This document shows, piece after piece, positions 29,061-39,962 of a stretch of DNA of 64,000 nucleotides. Under the pieces are notes generated by a model. The model had not been told where the DNA came from. It saw nothing but the letters and a program-made list of their open reading frames with translations, and did not search any database. The DNA is taken from positions 32,001 to 96,000 of the forward strand of contig CAVSLC010000025.1 of the NCBI GenBank assembly GCA_963728565.1, in the 5' to 3' direction. The stretch is from an uncultured delta proteobacterium (GTDB taxonomy: Bacteria > Desulfobacterota > Binatia > UBA9968). The number at the start of each line of letters is the position of its first letter. The stretch's first letter is position 1. Position numbers and translations under genes: made by a program.

Positions 29061-30248
29061 CTAGCCGCGGTTGGTGTCGTTGGCGTTTGGAACCTTGCGC
29101 ACCGACAGCCTGAGGGTCGAAGGGCTGACGTCCTGCAACGTGAGCTCTTTCGGATATTGAATGTTTTTCTCTGAAATCGTGAAGGTGCGCCGCCCAAGCT
29201 CCGCCATGGAAACGTCGATTGCGACTTTGATCTTGCTCGAATTAAACAGATAAAAAGCCCGGCGCGGCCCGCGAAAGGTGGCGTTTACCACCGGCGGCTC
29301 GATGTCTTCCACTTGAAGATCGGGGGGAAGATTCTCAACGCTCACCGGAACCGTATAGCTGACGTCGACCGTCTTAGAACCGGGCACGAAGATGTACCAA
29401 AACCCAATTGCCAGCGCGATGGCGATGGCTTTGGCGATCCAGTTCTCGCGAAAAAGCGGTAAGGCGAAATGGTTTTCCGTCGATGATGGAAACCTCGATT
29501 GCAAAAAACTTTCGAGAACGGCGCCAAGCTCTTGTATGTTCTGTACTTCGCGAAGCTTGCCCTCCGTTGCCACTGAAATTGTGCCGCGCTCCTCGGACAC
29601 CACGACGCACAACGCATCGGTCAGTTCCGCCAATCCCAGAGCCGCCGAGTGCCGGGTGCCGACATTGGCGAGTTGTCTGAGATCCTTGGATAGCGGTAGG
29701 TGAGCCGCGAATCTCGAGATGTTATCTTGGTCCACCAGAACCGCGCCGTCATGCCCCGGTGAATGGGGATCGAAAATGCTCTTGAGCAGCGGCGCGCTTA
29801 CTTTGCCGTCCAGAGGGATTCCGCCGGTAATGTGTCGCTCGAGCGGATCGTTGCCGCGGATGACGATCAACGCGCCGACGTGTTCCTTGGCGAGATCGGC
29901 TACGGTGCGAACCAGGACGTCTGAAGTGCTCGAACCCAAAGTCGGGGTTCTCTTCCGCGCCAGGCTCCAGACCGCGATGCGCTCGAATAACTGGCGCAAT
30001 TCCTCCTGAAAGATCACCACGATCATGATCAAGAAAATCGCGAAGAAACCCTGAAAGATCCATGCGGTCATCTGCAGATCGAGGTACTTGGCGATGATGT
30101 AAATGGAACCGAGGATTAAAATTCCTCGGACCACAAAAGCAGCGCGGGTCTGTTGCGCCCAAACAATGGCTGTGTAGAGGAGAATAGCGACAAAGACGAC
30201 GTCGAGCATCTCCGGCAAGGTGACGGTCCAGAATGGGTTATCGATCAT
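29061..30248 (-). CDS. Membrane diadenylate cyclase (CdaA-like) fused to a YbbR-like domain
   Basis: 3 TM, IFQEELR, HDGA, GTRHSAA, VSEERG; then TM plus YbbR-like tail. Confidence 0.88.
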   Translation of the reverse strand: MIDNPFWTVTLPEMLDVVFVAILLYTAIVWAQQTRAAFVVRGILILGSIYIIAKYLDLQMTAWIFQGFFAIFLIMIVVIFQEELRQLFERIAVWSLARKRTPTLGSSTSDVLVRTVADLAKEHVGALIVIRGNDPLERHITGGIPLDGKVSAPLLKSIFDPHSPGHDGAVLVDQDNISRFAAHLPLSKDLRQLANVGTRHSAALGLAELTDALCVVVSEERGTISVATEGKLREVQNIQELGAVLESFLQSRFPSSTENHFALPLFRENWIAKAIAIALAIGFWYIFVPGSKTVDVSYTVPVSVENLPPDLQVEDIEPPVVNATFRGPRRAFYLFNSSKIKVAIDVSMAELGRRTFTISEKNIQYPKELTLQDVSPSTLRLSVRKVPNANDTNRG

Positions 30249-30561
30249 TTTTATGAAGAGTCCCGATAGTTCGCTGCCGGCATTACCGGTAGTAAAGCAT
30301 TCGGATCGATGATGCTTGCGGGCCGCATTCTCTGCGGCTCTTTCTCGAAAAATAGCATGCTAAAAGTCGAAGTTATACTGCCTTTGAAAAAACAAAGACC
30401 TTGGAGGACGCAAATTTAAGCTCTCAGCAGCGAGCGCCGTATCTGCGCCCAATGACACCACGCAGGTGGAATTCGTAACCGAACCTAATCACGCTCGACG
30501 GCTGCCTTGTGTCGCCTCAGCCAATCGTCAAATCAGACGGTCGGCCTTGCAAGCGGGTTGA

Positions 30562-31089
30562 TTAGACGAAGCCAACTATGCCCGCCAGCGCGCCGGCGGC
30601 GAACAGCCAAAGAGGATTCCATGGCTTGCGCAGGACCACGACGACGGCAACGATCGTGATCAAGTAGCCGCGCCAATCGTGGTTCACTGCGCGCATCAAA
30701 ATCGTCGCGCTCGCGAAGACAAGCCCAATGGTAATCGGCATCAAACCTCGTCGAATGGCGCGAGCACCCCGGGCATTGGGATAGCGCTGGTTGAGATGGC
30801 CGACTAGCAACGTGAGAGTGGTAGCCGGAACGAGCAGCGGGATCGTCGTCGCGGCTACGCCCTTCCATCCCGCCAGGTGCCAGCCGATCAGAGTAACGTA
30901 CATCGCGTTAGGACCGGGTGCGACCTGCGCCAACGTGTAGAGTTCGACAAACTCCGCGTTGCTCAACAGGTGGTGCACTTCCACCAAGTAGCGATGAATA
31001 TCCGGAAGTATTGTCGACGGACCGCCGATGGCCAGGAACCAGAGAATTAAAAAATGAAGAAACAGGCCGCCGAGGTCGAGACGATCCAT
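30562..31089 (-). CDS. Short-chain chromate transporter, second subunit
   Basis: AIGG, AQVAPGPN; TAATG overlap with the upstream gene. Confidence 0.88.
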   Translation of the reverse strand: MDRLDLGGLFLHFLILWFLAIGGPSTILPDIHRYLVEVHHLLSNAEFVELYTLAQVAPGPNAMYVTLIGWHLAGWKGVAATTIPLLVPATTLTLLVGHLNQRYPNARGARAIRRGLMPITIGLVFASATILMRAVNHDWRGYLITIVAVVVVLRKPWNPLWLFAAGALAGIVGFV

Positions 31090-31643
31090 TATCCCGGCTC
31101 TTTCCACGCAGCAAAGACAGCCCATGGTGCGAGAGCGGCCATGACCCACAGCAGCGGCCAGCGCATGACGCCGACACCCGCGAAGGCCAGCGCGCCGAAC
31201 AGCCACGGTCGCCAGTGTCGCGGCAACACCATCGCCAACTTGATCACGGTGGCGAGCAGCAGCCCTGCCGCCACGCTCGACATGCCGGTGAGCGCCTGCT
31301 GCACCTGCGGCAGAGCGCCGTAACGCTGGTACAGCATCCCCATGCCGACGACCATGAGGCAAGGCCAACCCAAGAAGCCGGCGATTCCCGCCGCGGCGCC
31401 GGTCCAGCCGGCAAAACGATGACCAACGATCACCGTGAGATTGAGCACATTAGGGCCGGGCAGGAGTTGTCCGAGCGTGAAGACGTCGACAAACTCTCGC
31501 TCCGTAAGCCAGCGCTGCCGCTCGACCAGTTCGCGCCTTGCCCAGAAAATTGCGCCGCCGAAGCTCGACAAGCTAATCCGTGAAAAAGCCAGGAACAGGT
31601 CGAGCTGGCTGACGCGCGCCTTGCGTGACTCAATTTGATTCAT
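31089..31643 (-). CDS. Short-chain chromate transporter, first subunit
   Basis: SFGG, LVERQRWL, QLLPGPN. Confidence 0.9.
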   Translation of the reverse strand: MNQIESRKARVSQLDLFLAFSRISLSSFGGAIFWARRELVERQRWLTEREFVDVFTLGQLLPGPNVLNLTVIVGHRFAGWTGAAAGIAGFLGWPCLMVVGMGMLYQRYGALPQVQQALTGMSSVAAGLLLATVIKLAMVLPRHWRPWLFGALAFAGVGVMRWPLLWVMAALAPWAVFAAWKEPG

Positions 31644-32088
31644 GTTGTTTCGCTTGCACCTGAAACCAACTGGGATCTGCTCAGCACGAGAACGTCGGGA
31701 TTAGAAGTGGCGGAGTTTATTGAGCCAACAGCTAATCGGAAATCGAATTGGCCGAGCAGGTTCTGCCTTGGGTTTAAATACGAGCGATAGCTAGAAAAGC
31801 GGAGCTAACTCGATCTAGACTCGAAGCTGCGTCTTCTCGCATATCGTGCCAATTTCTCAGGTGAGAAGTTACCATTCAATCTTACTCATTTGCCAGCATC
31901 GTGAGGGAAAAATTCCTAATTGGCACGAATGTTAAGGAGACTTTCGAAAGACGACCAGTCTAGCGTATATAAAAGCGGGTCTTTTAACTCACTAGCTGAG
32001 GCGTTTTCTAGCTGTGATCGGCGGCGACAGAGCTAAACGACTATCGGGTAGGATGTGAAACTCTTTACTGAGCTACGTTCGATCTACC

Positions 32089-33120
32089 TCACGGTTTTAA
32101 ACGCCCTTCGTTGCGCAGCTCCTGTTGCGCTTGTTTGAGGATGCGGTCGTTGATGACGCGGTCGAGAGTGAATTTCTTATCGACCAATCCGGCGCGGATG
32201 TCTTCATCCAGCATGATCTGGATGCCGTCTTGGGCGACCGCGAGGTCGGCGGCGTAGCCCGGACTGAAGAGATCGTAGGAACGGCTGGCGACATCCGGAT
32301 CTCCTGTGAGTCCGGCGGCAAAGCCGGTCTGGAGCGCTTCTTTTTTGTGCTGTTTGGCAAATTGCATTCCCAGGATTACGGCTTTCAGAAAGCGCTTGGT
32401 GGTCTCCGGATTTTTTTGCAGCATCTCACCCCGGGTGACGAAGATGCTCTGCGGGATTCGGAGCGCCTCGTTCATATTCACGATCATCGGGAAACCCTTA
32501 TCGAGCAACCTGACGGTATCCTCGGCGGTAAACGGCGCGGCGGCGATGATGCCTCTTTCGAGCGCGATGGCCCGCAATGCGGTTCCGCCGATCGCCCGCA
32601 GGGTGACGTCCTTGTCGGGATCGAGGTTGTTTCTCTTGAGAAAAATCCTGATGGCAAAGTCGGAGAACGCGCCGGCTCCGGTGACACCGATGACCTTGCC
32701 GCGCAATTCCTCGACATTTTTGGCTTCCTTGCTGCCGAGAAGCGCGTAGTTCGTGTAATTGGATAGCGAGGCGATGATTTGTAGATCGAGACCGCGGGCA
32801 TTGCTCCGGATCGGCGCTTGGGCGCCGCCGATGCTGGCAAAGTCTACGTTCCCCGAAACCAGGGCCGCGATCGCCGTAGGGCCGCCGCGCACGAAGATCT
32901 GCTGCACGATGAGGCCTTGATCTTTGCAAAAGCCTTTGGCGATGGCGATGCGAAAGGGCAGTTGGTTGTTCCATGAGAGGCTGACGAAGACGATGCGCAG
33001 GGATTTTTTCTCTTGCGCCGGCGATGCCGGCGGCAATAATGCAGTGATCAATAAGGGCAAGACCCAGAGAAGTGGTCTAAGCAGCATGCATCGTTTCATG
33101 CCCGCCTCCCGAGGATCCAA
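32089..33120 (-). CDS. ABC transporter substrate-binding protein (SsuA/NMT1-like)
   Basis: Signal peptide; AALVSGNVDF, LRGKVIGVT. Confidence 0.87.
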   Translation of the reverse strand: MDPREAGMKRCMLLRPLLWVLPLLITALLPPASPAQEKKSLRIVFVSLSWNNQLPFRIAIAKGFCKDQGLIVQQIFVRGGPTAIAALVSGNVDFASIGGAQAPIRSNARGLDLQIIASLSNYTNYALLGSKEAKNVEELRGKVIGVTGAGAFSDFAIRIFLKRNNLDPDKDVTLRAIGGTALRAIALERGIIAAAPFTAEDTVRLLDKGFPMIVNMNEALRIPQSIFVTRGEMLQKNPETTKRFLKAVILGMQFAKQHKKEALQTGFAAGLTGDPDVASRSYDLFSPGYAADLAVAQDGIQIMLDEDIRAGLVDKKFTLDRVINDRILKQAQQELRNEGRLKP

Positions 33121-33383
33121 TAGCGATCTCCGCGTATTCCGAAAAAATCATTTGGGCCATATAACTAATCGAGGCTCGTGGCGAGCGAGCCAAATTACAG
33201 GCAAAGCAGTCAACATGGCTACCCCTACCATGTAGAGGAAACAGGATGCAATAAATGAATCTTGGCAAGTGTTGGTGAAGAATTGAAACCGATGTCCTGA
33301 CTGATGGCGCGGTGCGGAAGTAGTGGTGGTCATCGCTGGATGGAGCCGGAGCGATGGGATCATGAGGCGCCACGAGCGATGCG

Positions 33384-34208
33384 GTGATTAGCCGGAAGGG
33401 AAAAATCACGCGCGATCTCATGGAAGAGAGCCGCGGCCGGCTAAAGATCATCGCGCGCACCGGCGTCGGTGTCGATCCGTCACGGGTCGATTTGGCTGCG
33501 GCAAAGCAATACAAGATTTGGGTCACGAACATGCCGGGCAGCAACGCCGTGTCGGTGGCGGAGTTGGTCTTCGGCCAAATGATTGCCCTGGTGCGCCACA
33601 CGCACGAGGCCAATCGCGCGGTGAAAGAAAATCGCTGGGGCGATTACCTCAAATACATCGGCACCGAACTGGCGGGAAAAACGTTGGGCATCATCGGCAT
33701 GGGAAACATCGGCACGCGGGTGGCGCTTCGCGCCCGGGCCTTCGAAATGTCCTTCATCGTCTATGATCCCTATATTCCCGAATCTCATGTCACGGCGCTC
33801 GGCGGCCGGTGGCTAAGCTTGGATGAATTGCTTGCGGAATCGGATTTCGTGACTATCCATTGTCCGCTGAACGATGAAACGAAGAGGATGATTGCGGCTA
33901 GGGAGCTGGCATTGATAAAACCTTCCGCCTATCTCATCAATGCCGCCCGCGGCGGTATCATCGATGAGCAAGCTTTGCTCGAAGCTTTACGAGAGAAAGA
34001 AATTGCCGGCGCGGCGTTGGATGTGATCGAAAGCGAGCCGCCGCCTAAAAATCATCCGCTGTTGAACCTCGGCAATGTCCTGAGGACGCTGCACCTGGGC
34101 GCCGTGACATTGGAAGCGTCGGCGCGCGGCGAATGGGGCGCTGCGCAAGAGGTGATTCGAGTTTTGGAGGGGAAACGACCGAAGAATCCGGTGAATGAAC
34201 TGTCCTAA
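33384..34208 (+). CDS. D-2-hydroxyacid/phosphoglycerate dehydrogenase family; 5' end garbled
   Basis: RTGVGVD, GIIGMGNIG, INAARGG, ALDV; N-terminus is short and the upstream frame is broken. Confidence 0.82.
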   Translation: MISRKGKITRDLMEESRGRLKIIARTGVGVDPSRVDLAAAKQYKIWVTNMPGSNAVSVAELVFGQMIALVRHTHEANRAVKENRWGDYLKYIGTELAGKTLGIIGMGNIGTRVALRARAFEMSFIVYDPYIPESHVTALGGRWLSLDELLAESDFVTIHCPLNDETKRMIAARELALIKPSAYLINAARGGIIDEQALLEALREKEIAGAALDVIESEPPPKNHPLLNLGNVLRTLHLGAVTLEASARGEWGAAQEVIRVLEGKRPKNPVNELS

Positions 34209-34221
34209 GCATGGGTGCTTC

Positions 34222-34950
34222 CTAGCGCAAAATTCCGTTAAGCGGCGCCTGGCTTACTTCGACCGCACCCCTGCCTGTGAGCCGGATGACATTTACCGTG
34301 CCGGCGTACTCAGGCGAACCGGAATAGTAGGCGGTAATTTCGCCGGTGCCGACGGGAGTTGCCTGGTTCCAGTGGCCCAGCGCCACGTAATCGGCGCCGG
34401 TGGCGAGCAATTCTTCACGGTGAATCAGCCATGAGCCGATCAACCGATTCGGATCTCTCTGTTCGTCGACATAATGCCCATGCGCAGCGGCAAGTTGCCA
34501 GCGGGTCGAGCGCGGCCGGGGGTCGGCAAGCGGCGACATATCGGTGTAGTCGAGGTGCGCTCGGCCCCAGATTTCAAGTTCATATTCGGGGAACATCACG
34601 GATTGATCAACGTTGAGACCGAGTATGTGAACGTTGGGAATCTGCGCAAGCCCGCCACGACGGTAGACGGAATCGGGTGTCAGCGGGTCATGATTGCCGG
34701 GCAAAATAACGATGGGATCGCCGTAATCGCGCAAAATTTGCGCCGCGCGTTCAAGAAGGTCGCCAGGCTGGCGGTGATTGTCAAAAGTATCTCCAGCGAG
34801 GACGACGATGTCGGCGCGAGCTTCGATAGCCGCGCTGAGAACTTTGGGAAGAACCGCTAAAGAGTCGCGCTCGCTGAAGCTGTCGTCGGTGCCGAGATGC
34901 AAGTCAGAGCTGTGGACGATAACCGCTTCCGGGTGTTGGTCTCGGGCCAT
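34222..34950 (-). CDS. Metallophosphoesterase (SbcD/Mre11-like)
   Basis: SDLHLG, GDTFD, GNHD, LGHW, YSGSPE. Confidence 0.87.
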   Translation of the reverse strand: MARDQHPEAVIVHSSDLHLGTDDSFSERDSLAVLPKVLSAAIEARADIVVLAGDTFDNHRQPGDLLERAAQILRDYGDPIVILPGNHDPLTPDSVYRRGGLAQIPNVHILGLNVDQSVMFPEYELEIWGRAHLDYTDMSPLADPRPRSTRWQLAAAHGHYVDEQRDPNRLIGSWLIHREELLATGADYVALGHWNQATPVGTGEITAYYSGSPEYAGTVNVIRLTGRGAVEVSQAPLNGILR

Positions 34951-35211
34951 AGAGAAGATCCTGCTTTCACTGACGCAAATAAACCAATCACTTATTCTTA
35001 TTGGCACAGCGGGAAAATTGCAAGCAACAGCCGGCGTACTTAGCGCAGCTGAAGCAAAAACTGCGCGATCTTCGGAGTCGGTCTGATGTTGGCTGAGCCG
35101 CGTGCCATGTCTCCTGAGGCCGCAGCTTATCGCTTGCGAGAATTTAAGGGTGAGGAATTGGGCGGCATAGCCAGGTGCGGAGGGACACCTGGCTATAAAC
35201 TGAATCGAAGC

Positions 35212-35487
35212 TTACTTGGCGGCTTTGGATTTGCTGGCGGGCTTGGTCTCACCTGTAGCTTTGTCATCGGTCGATTTAGTGTCGGTTTCGCTCGTGGATT
35301 CGGCCTTGGATTTGCCTTTAGCTTTTCCTTCTGTCTTTACGGATTCAGACTTTTCTTTACCATCCGTCTTTACCGACTCCGATTGCATACTACCGGAACT
35401 CTTCTTTTCTGCACTCTTTCCGGTCTGGGCATAAGCTACCGAAGCTATAAACATTGAAGCAACTAACGCGCTAAGGAAACGTTTCAT
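35212..35487 (-). CDS. Small secreted Lys/Ser-rich low-complexity protein
   Basis: GGAGG RBS, AYA signal peptide, repeated SESVKT. Confidence 0.75.
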   Translation of the reverse strand: MKRFLSALVASMFIASVAYAQTGKSAEKKSSGSMQSESVKTDGKEKSESVKTEGKAKGKSKAESTSETDTKSTDDKATGETKPASKSKAAK

Positions 35488-35721
35488 GTGTGATCCTCCA
35501 GTATGACATCTGTTGTTGTTTAAGAACGCCCGAGGTCGACCGGCGCCGCCCTCCGCTCGGCTGGAGCTCGTCTCGTTCGTTCTTGATGCCTTAGACGTGT
35601 GCGACTGCGCTTTAATTCACGTTGGCGCTGGTTTATACATCAGATACATCAAATGATTTGTTTCACTAAACAAATCACGGGGTAGCACCGTACGATGGTT
35701 TTTACCGAAGGAGGTGCCCAC

Positions 35722-37175
35722 ATGGCCGAAGGGCTGCCCATTGCTAAAGGAACCGGCGAGCACTTGTTACTGCCGCAGATGGCCAATCGCCACGGTTTGA
35801 TCGCCGGCGCCACCGGCACGGGAAAGACGGTAACACTTCGGGTCATCGCCGAAAATTTTAGCCGTATAGGCGTACCGGTATTCATGGCGGACGTAAAGAG
35901 CGATTTGTCCGGAATGGCCCGGGCCGGTCAAGAGAATCCGAAAATCCGCGAGCGACTCGACAAACTCGGCTTGAAAGAATTTGACTTCACCACTTATCCG
36001 ACGGTCTTTTGGGATCTCTACGGCGAACAAGGCCATCCGGTGCGCACAACAATTTCGGATATGGGGCCGTTGCTGCTGAGCCGGCTCCTTAGCTTGAACG
36101 AAACCCAAAGCGGCGTACTCAACCTGGTTTTTAAAGTCGCCGATGACAACGGCATGCTGCTGCTCGACCTCAAAGACCTGCGCTCCATGCTGCAATTCGT
36201 CGGCGACAATGCTGCAAAATTTAAAACCAAGTACGGCAACGTTTCAGCGGCAAGTATCGGCGCCATACAGCGCGGCCTGCTGGCTTTGGAAGAGCAGGGC
36301 GGCGATAAGTTTTTCGGCGAGCCAGCCCTGGATCTCGATGACCTGATGCAAACCGACAGTCAAGGACGGGGCACTATCAATATCCTGGTTGCCGATAAAC
36401 TCATTAACGCTCCCAAGCTATATGCGACATTTTTACTTTGGCTGTTGTCGGAGTTATTCGAGCAGCTTCCCGAGGTGGGAGATCCGGAAAAACCCAAGCT
36501 GGCTTTTTTTTTCGATGAAGCACATTTGTTGTTCAACGATGCGCCGGCCGTGTTGCTGGAAAAAATCGAGCAGGTAATCCGGCTGATTCGCTCCAAAGGC
36601 GTTGGGGTCTATTTCGTCACTCAGAATCCCTGGACGTTCCCGATGTCGTGCTCGGTCAATTGGGCCATCGCGTGCAGCATGCGTTGCGCGCGTTTACGCC
36701 GCGCGATCAGAAGGCTGTCAAAGCCGCCGCCCAGACATTCCGCCAGAACTCCGCCATCGATGTTGAAACGGCGATCACCGAATTGGGCGTTGGTGAAGCA
36801 CTGGTTTCATTCCTCGACGAAAAGGGGCGGCCGACGATCGTCGATCGCGCCTTGATTTACCCGCCGCAAAGCCAGTTGCCCCCGCTCGCAGCGGGCGAAC
36901 GCGAAAGTATCGTGAAACAATCGACGATTTACGGCCACTATGAAAAGTTAGTTGATCGTGAGTCGGCGCATGAAATGCTCAAATCTCGAGCGCCGCAGCT
37001 CGAACAGCCCCCTGCGAAGACGGCAGGCAGCTCATGGCAAGCGGAAGCGGGAGGTTTGTTCGATGCCATGGGTAAGAGCGCGGCCCGTGCCATCGGCAGT
37101 CAGGTTGGCCGTGAGATCATCCGCGGCGTGCTCGGCTCGCTTTTCGGTGGAGGAACGACCCGCAAAAGACGTTAA
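35722..37175 (+). CDS. DUF853/YjgR HerA-like ATPase, frameshift near 36630
   Basis: [28 protein letters not shown]; second frame QHALRAFTP. Confidence 0.9.
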
Positions 37176-37340
37176 GTGGCCGAGACAGGCGCCTTACAAC
37201 AGCTATTTCAACCAGCGGCTTTCCACGCATCTGTCATCGACTGTTAGATGCTCTGACTCATCGAACGACGCAGCGCCTTTAAGAAGATGTTCAAGTAGTC
37301 AAACGTCAGATCCGGCGCAGGCGGGGCTGTTCACTGCAGA

Positions 37341-37394
37341 AAGGGAGCCGCGGGGATCTTCGGCATTAATCCGAGTACCCTGCGCTCGCGCATG
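37341..37394 (+). pseudogene. Remnant of a Fis-type HTH from a sigma54 activator
   Basis: Translates KGAAGIFGINPSTLRSRM with no parent gene. Confidence 0.45.
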
Positions 37395-37443
37395 GCTGGC
37401 ACAACAACCAGAAGGCGCGCGGCGCAGTGCCACAGACGAATGC

Positions 37444-38094
37444 TCAACGCGGACTCGTCGACCGAGAGCTGCCAGTTTGCGGCGTGACCGCTTTAGCTTT
37501 ACCGGCAAAGCGTTTTGACGCCGCCGGCACTAACGCATAGGCAGCTCGGATACCGAGGAGCAATGCTAATACCGCGCCGTATTGCGCAGGGCGGCGGATG
37601 TCCGATTTAACCAGCCAGTAAAAGTGAAGAACTCCGGCGGCGGCGGCAATATAGGCCAGGCGGTGTAACTGTTGCCAACGCTTGCCAAGACGCCGGATCA
37701 TTGCCGCCGTTGAAGTGAGCGCCAGCGGAATCATCAAGACAAATGAAGTGAATCCAGCGGTGACATAGGGGCGCTTGTAAATGTCCTTGGCAATCGCCTG
37801 AAAGTCGAAGAAATGGTCCAGGACCATATAGGTTAGGAAATGCAGGACCGCATAGAAAAACGCGAAAAGACCCAACATGCGCCGATATCTGATCAGCGCG
37901 TTCCAGCCGAACATCTTGCGCAAAGGCGTGACCGCCAGACTGGCAATTAAAATGATGAGCGCCCACGAGCCCGTGAACCGGGTGATATACTCGATCGGAT
38001 TGGCGGTCAAATCGTCGGTATAAAATCCGTACGCGAGCTGCGTTAGCGGGATCAGGCCGGCGATGAAGAGCGCAGGTTTTATCCAGGAGCGCAT
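37444..38094 (-). CDS. msrQ: Methionine sulfoxide reductase heme-binding subunit
   Basis: RRMLGLFAFFY, PLALTS, WQQLHRLAY; downstream of msrP. Confidence 0.93.
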   Translation of the reverse strand: MRSWIKPALFIAGLIPLTQLAYGFYTDDLTANPIEYITRFTGSWALIILIASLAVTPLRKMFGWNALIRYRRMLGLFAFFYAVLHFLTYMVLDHFFDFQAIAKDIYKRPYVTAGFTSFVLMIPLALTSTAAMIRRLGKRWQQLHRLAYIAAAAGVLHFYWLVKSDIRRPAQYGAVLALLLGIRAAYALVPAASKRFAGKAKAVTPQTGSSRSTSPR

Positions 38095-38265
38095 CGGGTC
38101 AACTACATAGAAGTCAAGCAGCGCTTCGAAAATGAACACACTGGGGTTGCGTTAAAACAGAATCCAACCCTCATATGACAGGTGAAGTTGTCATCCCTGG
38201 GCGCGAATAGTTATGATCTCCGTCTTGCTTCGGTCGCTTGCTGTTTTGCGAATCTCTGCTTACTT

Positions 38266-39231
38266 CTAGTAGAATTTTTTCAGGTCCATGCCGCTGTATA
38301 GCTGCGCAACCTGATCACCGTAACCGTTGAACATGAGCGTCTTGCGCCGGAGAAACTCCCCGATGCGCCGCTCCGTCGCCTGGGTCCAACGCGGATGGTC
38401 GACCTCCGGATTAACGTTGGAGTAAAACCCGTACTCCTGGGGCTGCATCATGTTCCACGACGCCGGTGGTTGTTTTTCGACGAAACGGATTTTGACTATG
38501 GACTTGATGCTTTTGAAACCGTATTTCCACGGCACCACCACGCGAATCGGAGCGCCGTTCTGCGCCGGCAATACCTGGCCATACAAGCCCACCGATAAGA
38601 TCGTCAACGGGTGCATGGCTTCATCCATGCGCAAGCCTTCGACATAGGGCCATTCCATAATCGGCAGTTTCTGGCCGGGCATGCGCTTGGGGTCATGCAA
38701 GGTCACGAACTGAATAAACTTTGCGTTGCCGGTAGGTTCGGCGAGTTTGATTAGCGCGTTTAAAGGAAAGCCAATCCACGGGATTACCATCGACCAAGCT
38801 TCGACGCACCGTAATCGATAAACTCTTTCCTCCAGCGGACTCAGCTTGGTCAAAGCATCAATGTCGTAAGTCTTGGGCTTTTTGACCTCACCTTCCACCG
38901 CCACCGTCCAGGGCCGAGTCGGAGTCAGGTACTTGGCGTTTGCCGCCGGATCTTCTTTGTCGGGCCCAAGCTCGTAGAAATTATTATAGTTGGTGATGTC
39001 TTTAAACGAGTTTTGCTTCTCGCTGGTGCTGTAGGAACTCTTCTTTAAGTTGGTAATCTGTTCGGCGGCAAGAGCTTGGCCCGCACCCCGAAAGAGGTCG
39101 AATCCAGCGAGAGCCGCGCCCGCGGTAACAGCGCTAGCCGAAGCGCCAAGCATGAACTGCCGACGATTGAGATAAAGCTCCCTGGGAGTGATCTCGGACG
39201 ATCTGATCTCCGGTATTTTTTTTATCAACAT
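38266..39231 (-). CDS. msrP: Methionine sulfoxide reductase catalytic subunit
   Basis: Tat [28 protein letters not shown]. Confidence 0.96.
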   Translation of the reverse strand: MLIKKIPEIRSSEITPRELYLNRRQFMLGASASAVTAGAALAGFDLFRGAGQALAAEQITNLKKSSYSTSEKQNSFKDITNYNNFYELGPDKEDPAANAKYLTPTRPWTVAVEGEVKKPKTYDIDALTKLSPLEERVYRLRCVEAWSMVIPWIGFPLNALIKLAEPTGNAKFIQFVTLHDPKRMPGQKLPIMEWPYVEGLRMDEAMHPLTILSVGLYGQVLPAQNGAPIRVVVPWKYGFKSIKSIVKIRFVEKQPPASWNMMQPQEYGFYSNVNPEVDHPRWTQATERRIGEFLRRKTLMFNGYGDQVAQLYSGMDLKKFY

Positions 39232-39592
39232 ACGCCCTCTGGATAGGTCCTCTTGCCTGTTCTTAGATTTTGGTCTTCAGCCGCGATCCTATGGTTATAG
39301 CGGATCGCACCCTTTAAAACGGCTTTGATCCCAATAGCACTGCCGGAAACAAATCTCAAAACAGATTGAACCCCCAAACTATCCGTTACTCTGCTCGTTG
39401 CCCTACTTCGCCGTAGTCTAGGGCCGCACTTCTGCACCTGCTCATGATTTAGATGACTGCTGTCCGGATTTGGTTGCGCTTCGATATTCTGAATGAGTAA
39501 CGGCAGATAACTTGAAAAGTTCCCGTGGCGGGTAAAGAAAAATTCGGGCCAAGTGGAGGCGTTTTCCGCCCCCACTGGCCGATGGGCCAGGA

Positions 39593-39799
39593 TTAGTGAA
39601 GATAGGTTTTGCCCGACGGCGCATCGCCAAGATCGTCTAGGTTGCCGGCATGGGAAGCTTTCCTGAGAATTTCGATCAGTGCCGCCTGAGCCAGCTTGTA
39701 CGCGTCTCGGTCATTATCGGAGTATTCAAAAGCAACTTCGCTGGCCGCCGCAATGAGCTCGCCCAGGGTGGTGTCCAGCTTTTTTGTGCTCTTTTCCAT
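39593..39799 (-). CDS. Small hypothetical protein
   Basis: AAGGGA RBS; TTLGELIAAASEVAFEY helical ORF. Confidence 0.6.
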   Translation of the reverse strand: MEKSTKKLDTTLGELIAAASEVAFEYSDNDRDAYKLAQAALIEILRKASHAGNLDDLGDAPSGKTYLH

Positions 39800-39962
39800 T
39801 GATTTCCCTTTCTTTGTCCGGCGAAAACTGTTGATTGGGCTCGGCCATCGGGTGGAGGCTATCATTCGCCGGCGATTATGCCTCAAAACTTAGACGATTT
39901 GGGAAGAAAAAGGATGTACTGCGAATCAGGGGTAATTTGACGGCGGGGTAGCCGGCCCGAAT

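Noticed and set aside
30562-31368. 268-aa ORF as listed in the track
   Set aside because: The N-terminal extension overlaps the upstream chromate gene; the real start is 31089
31774-31875. 33-aa minus-strand ORF ending AIARI* upstream of the chromate transporter, as a fourth leader
   Set aside because: Too short, no hydrophobic N-terminus, and the tail match is weak
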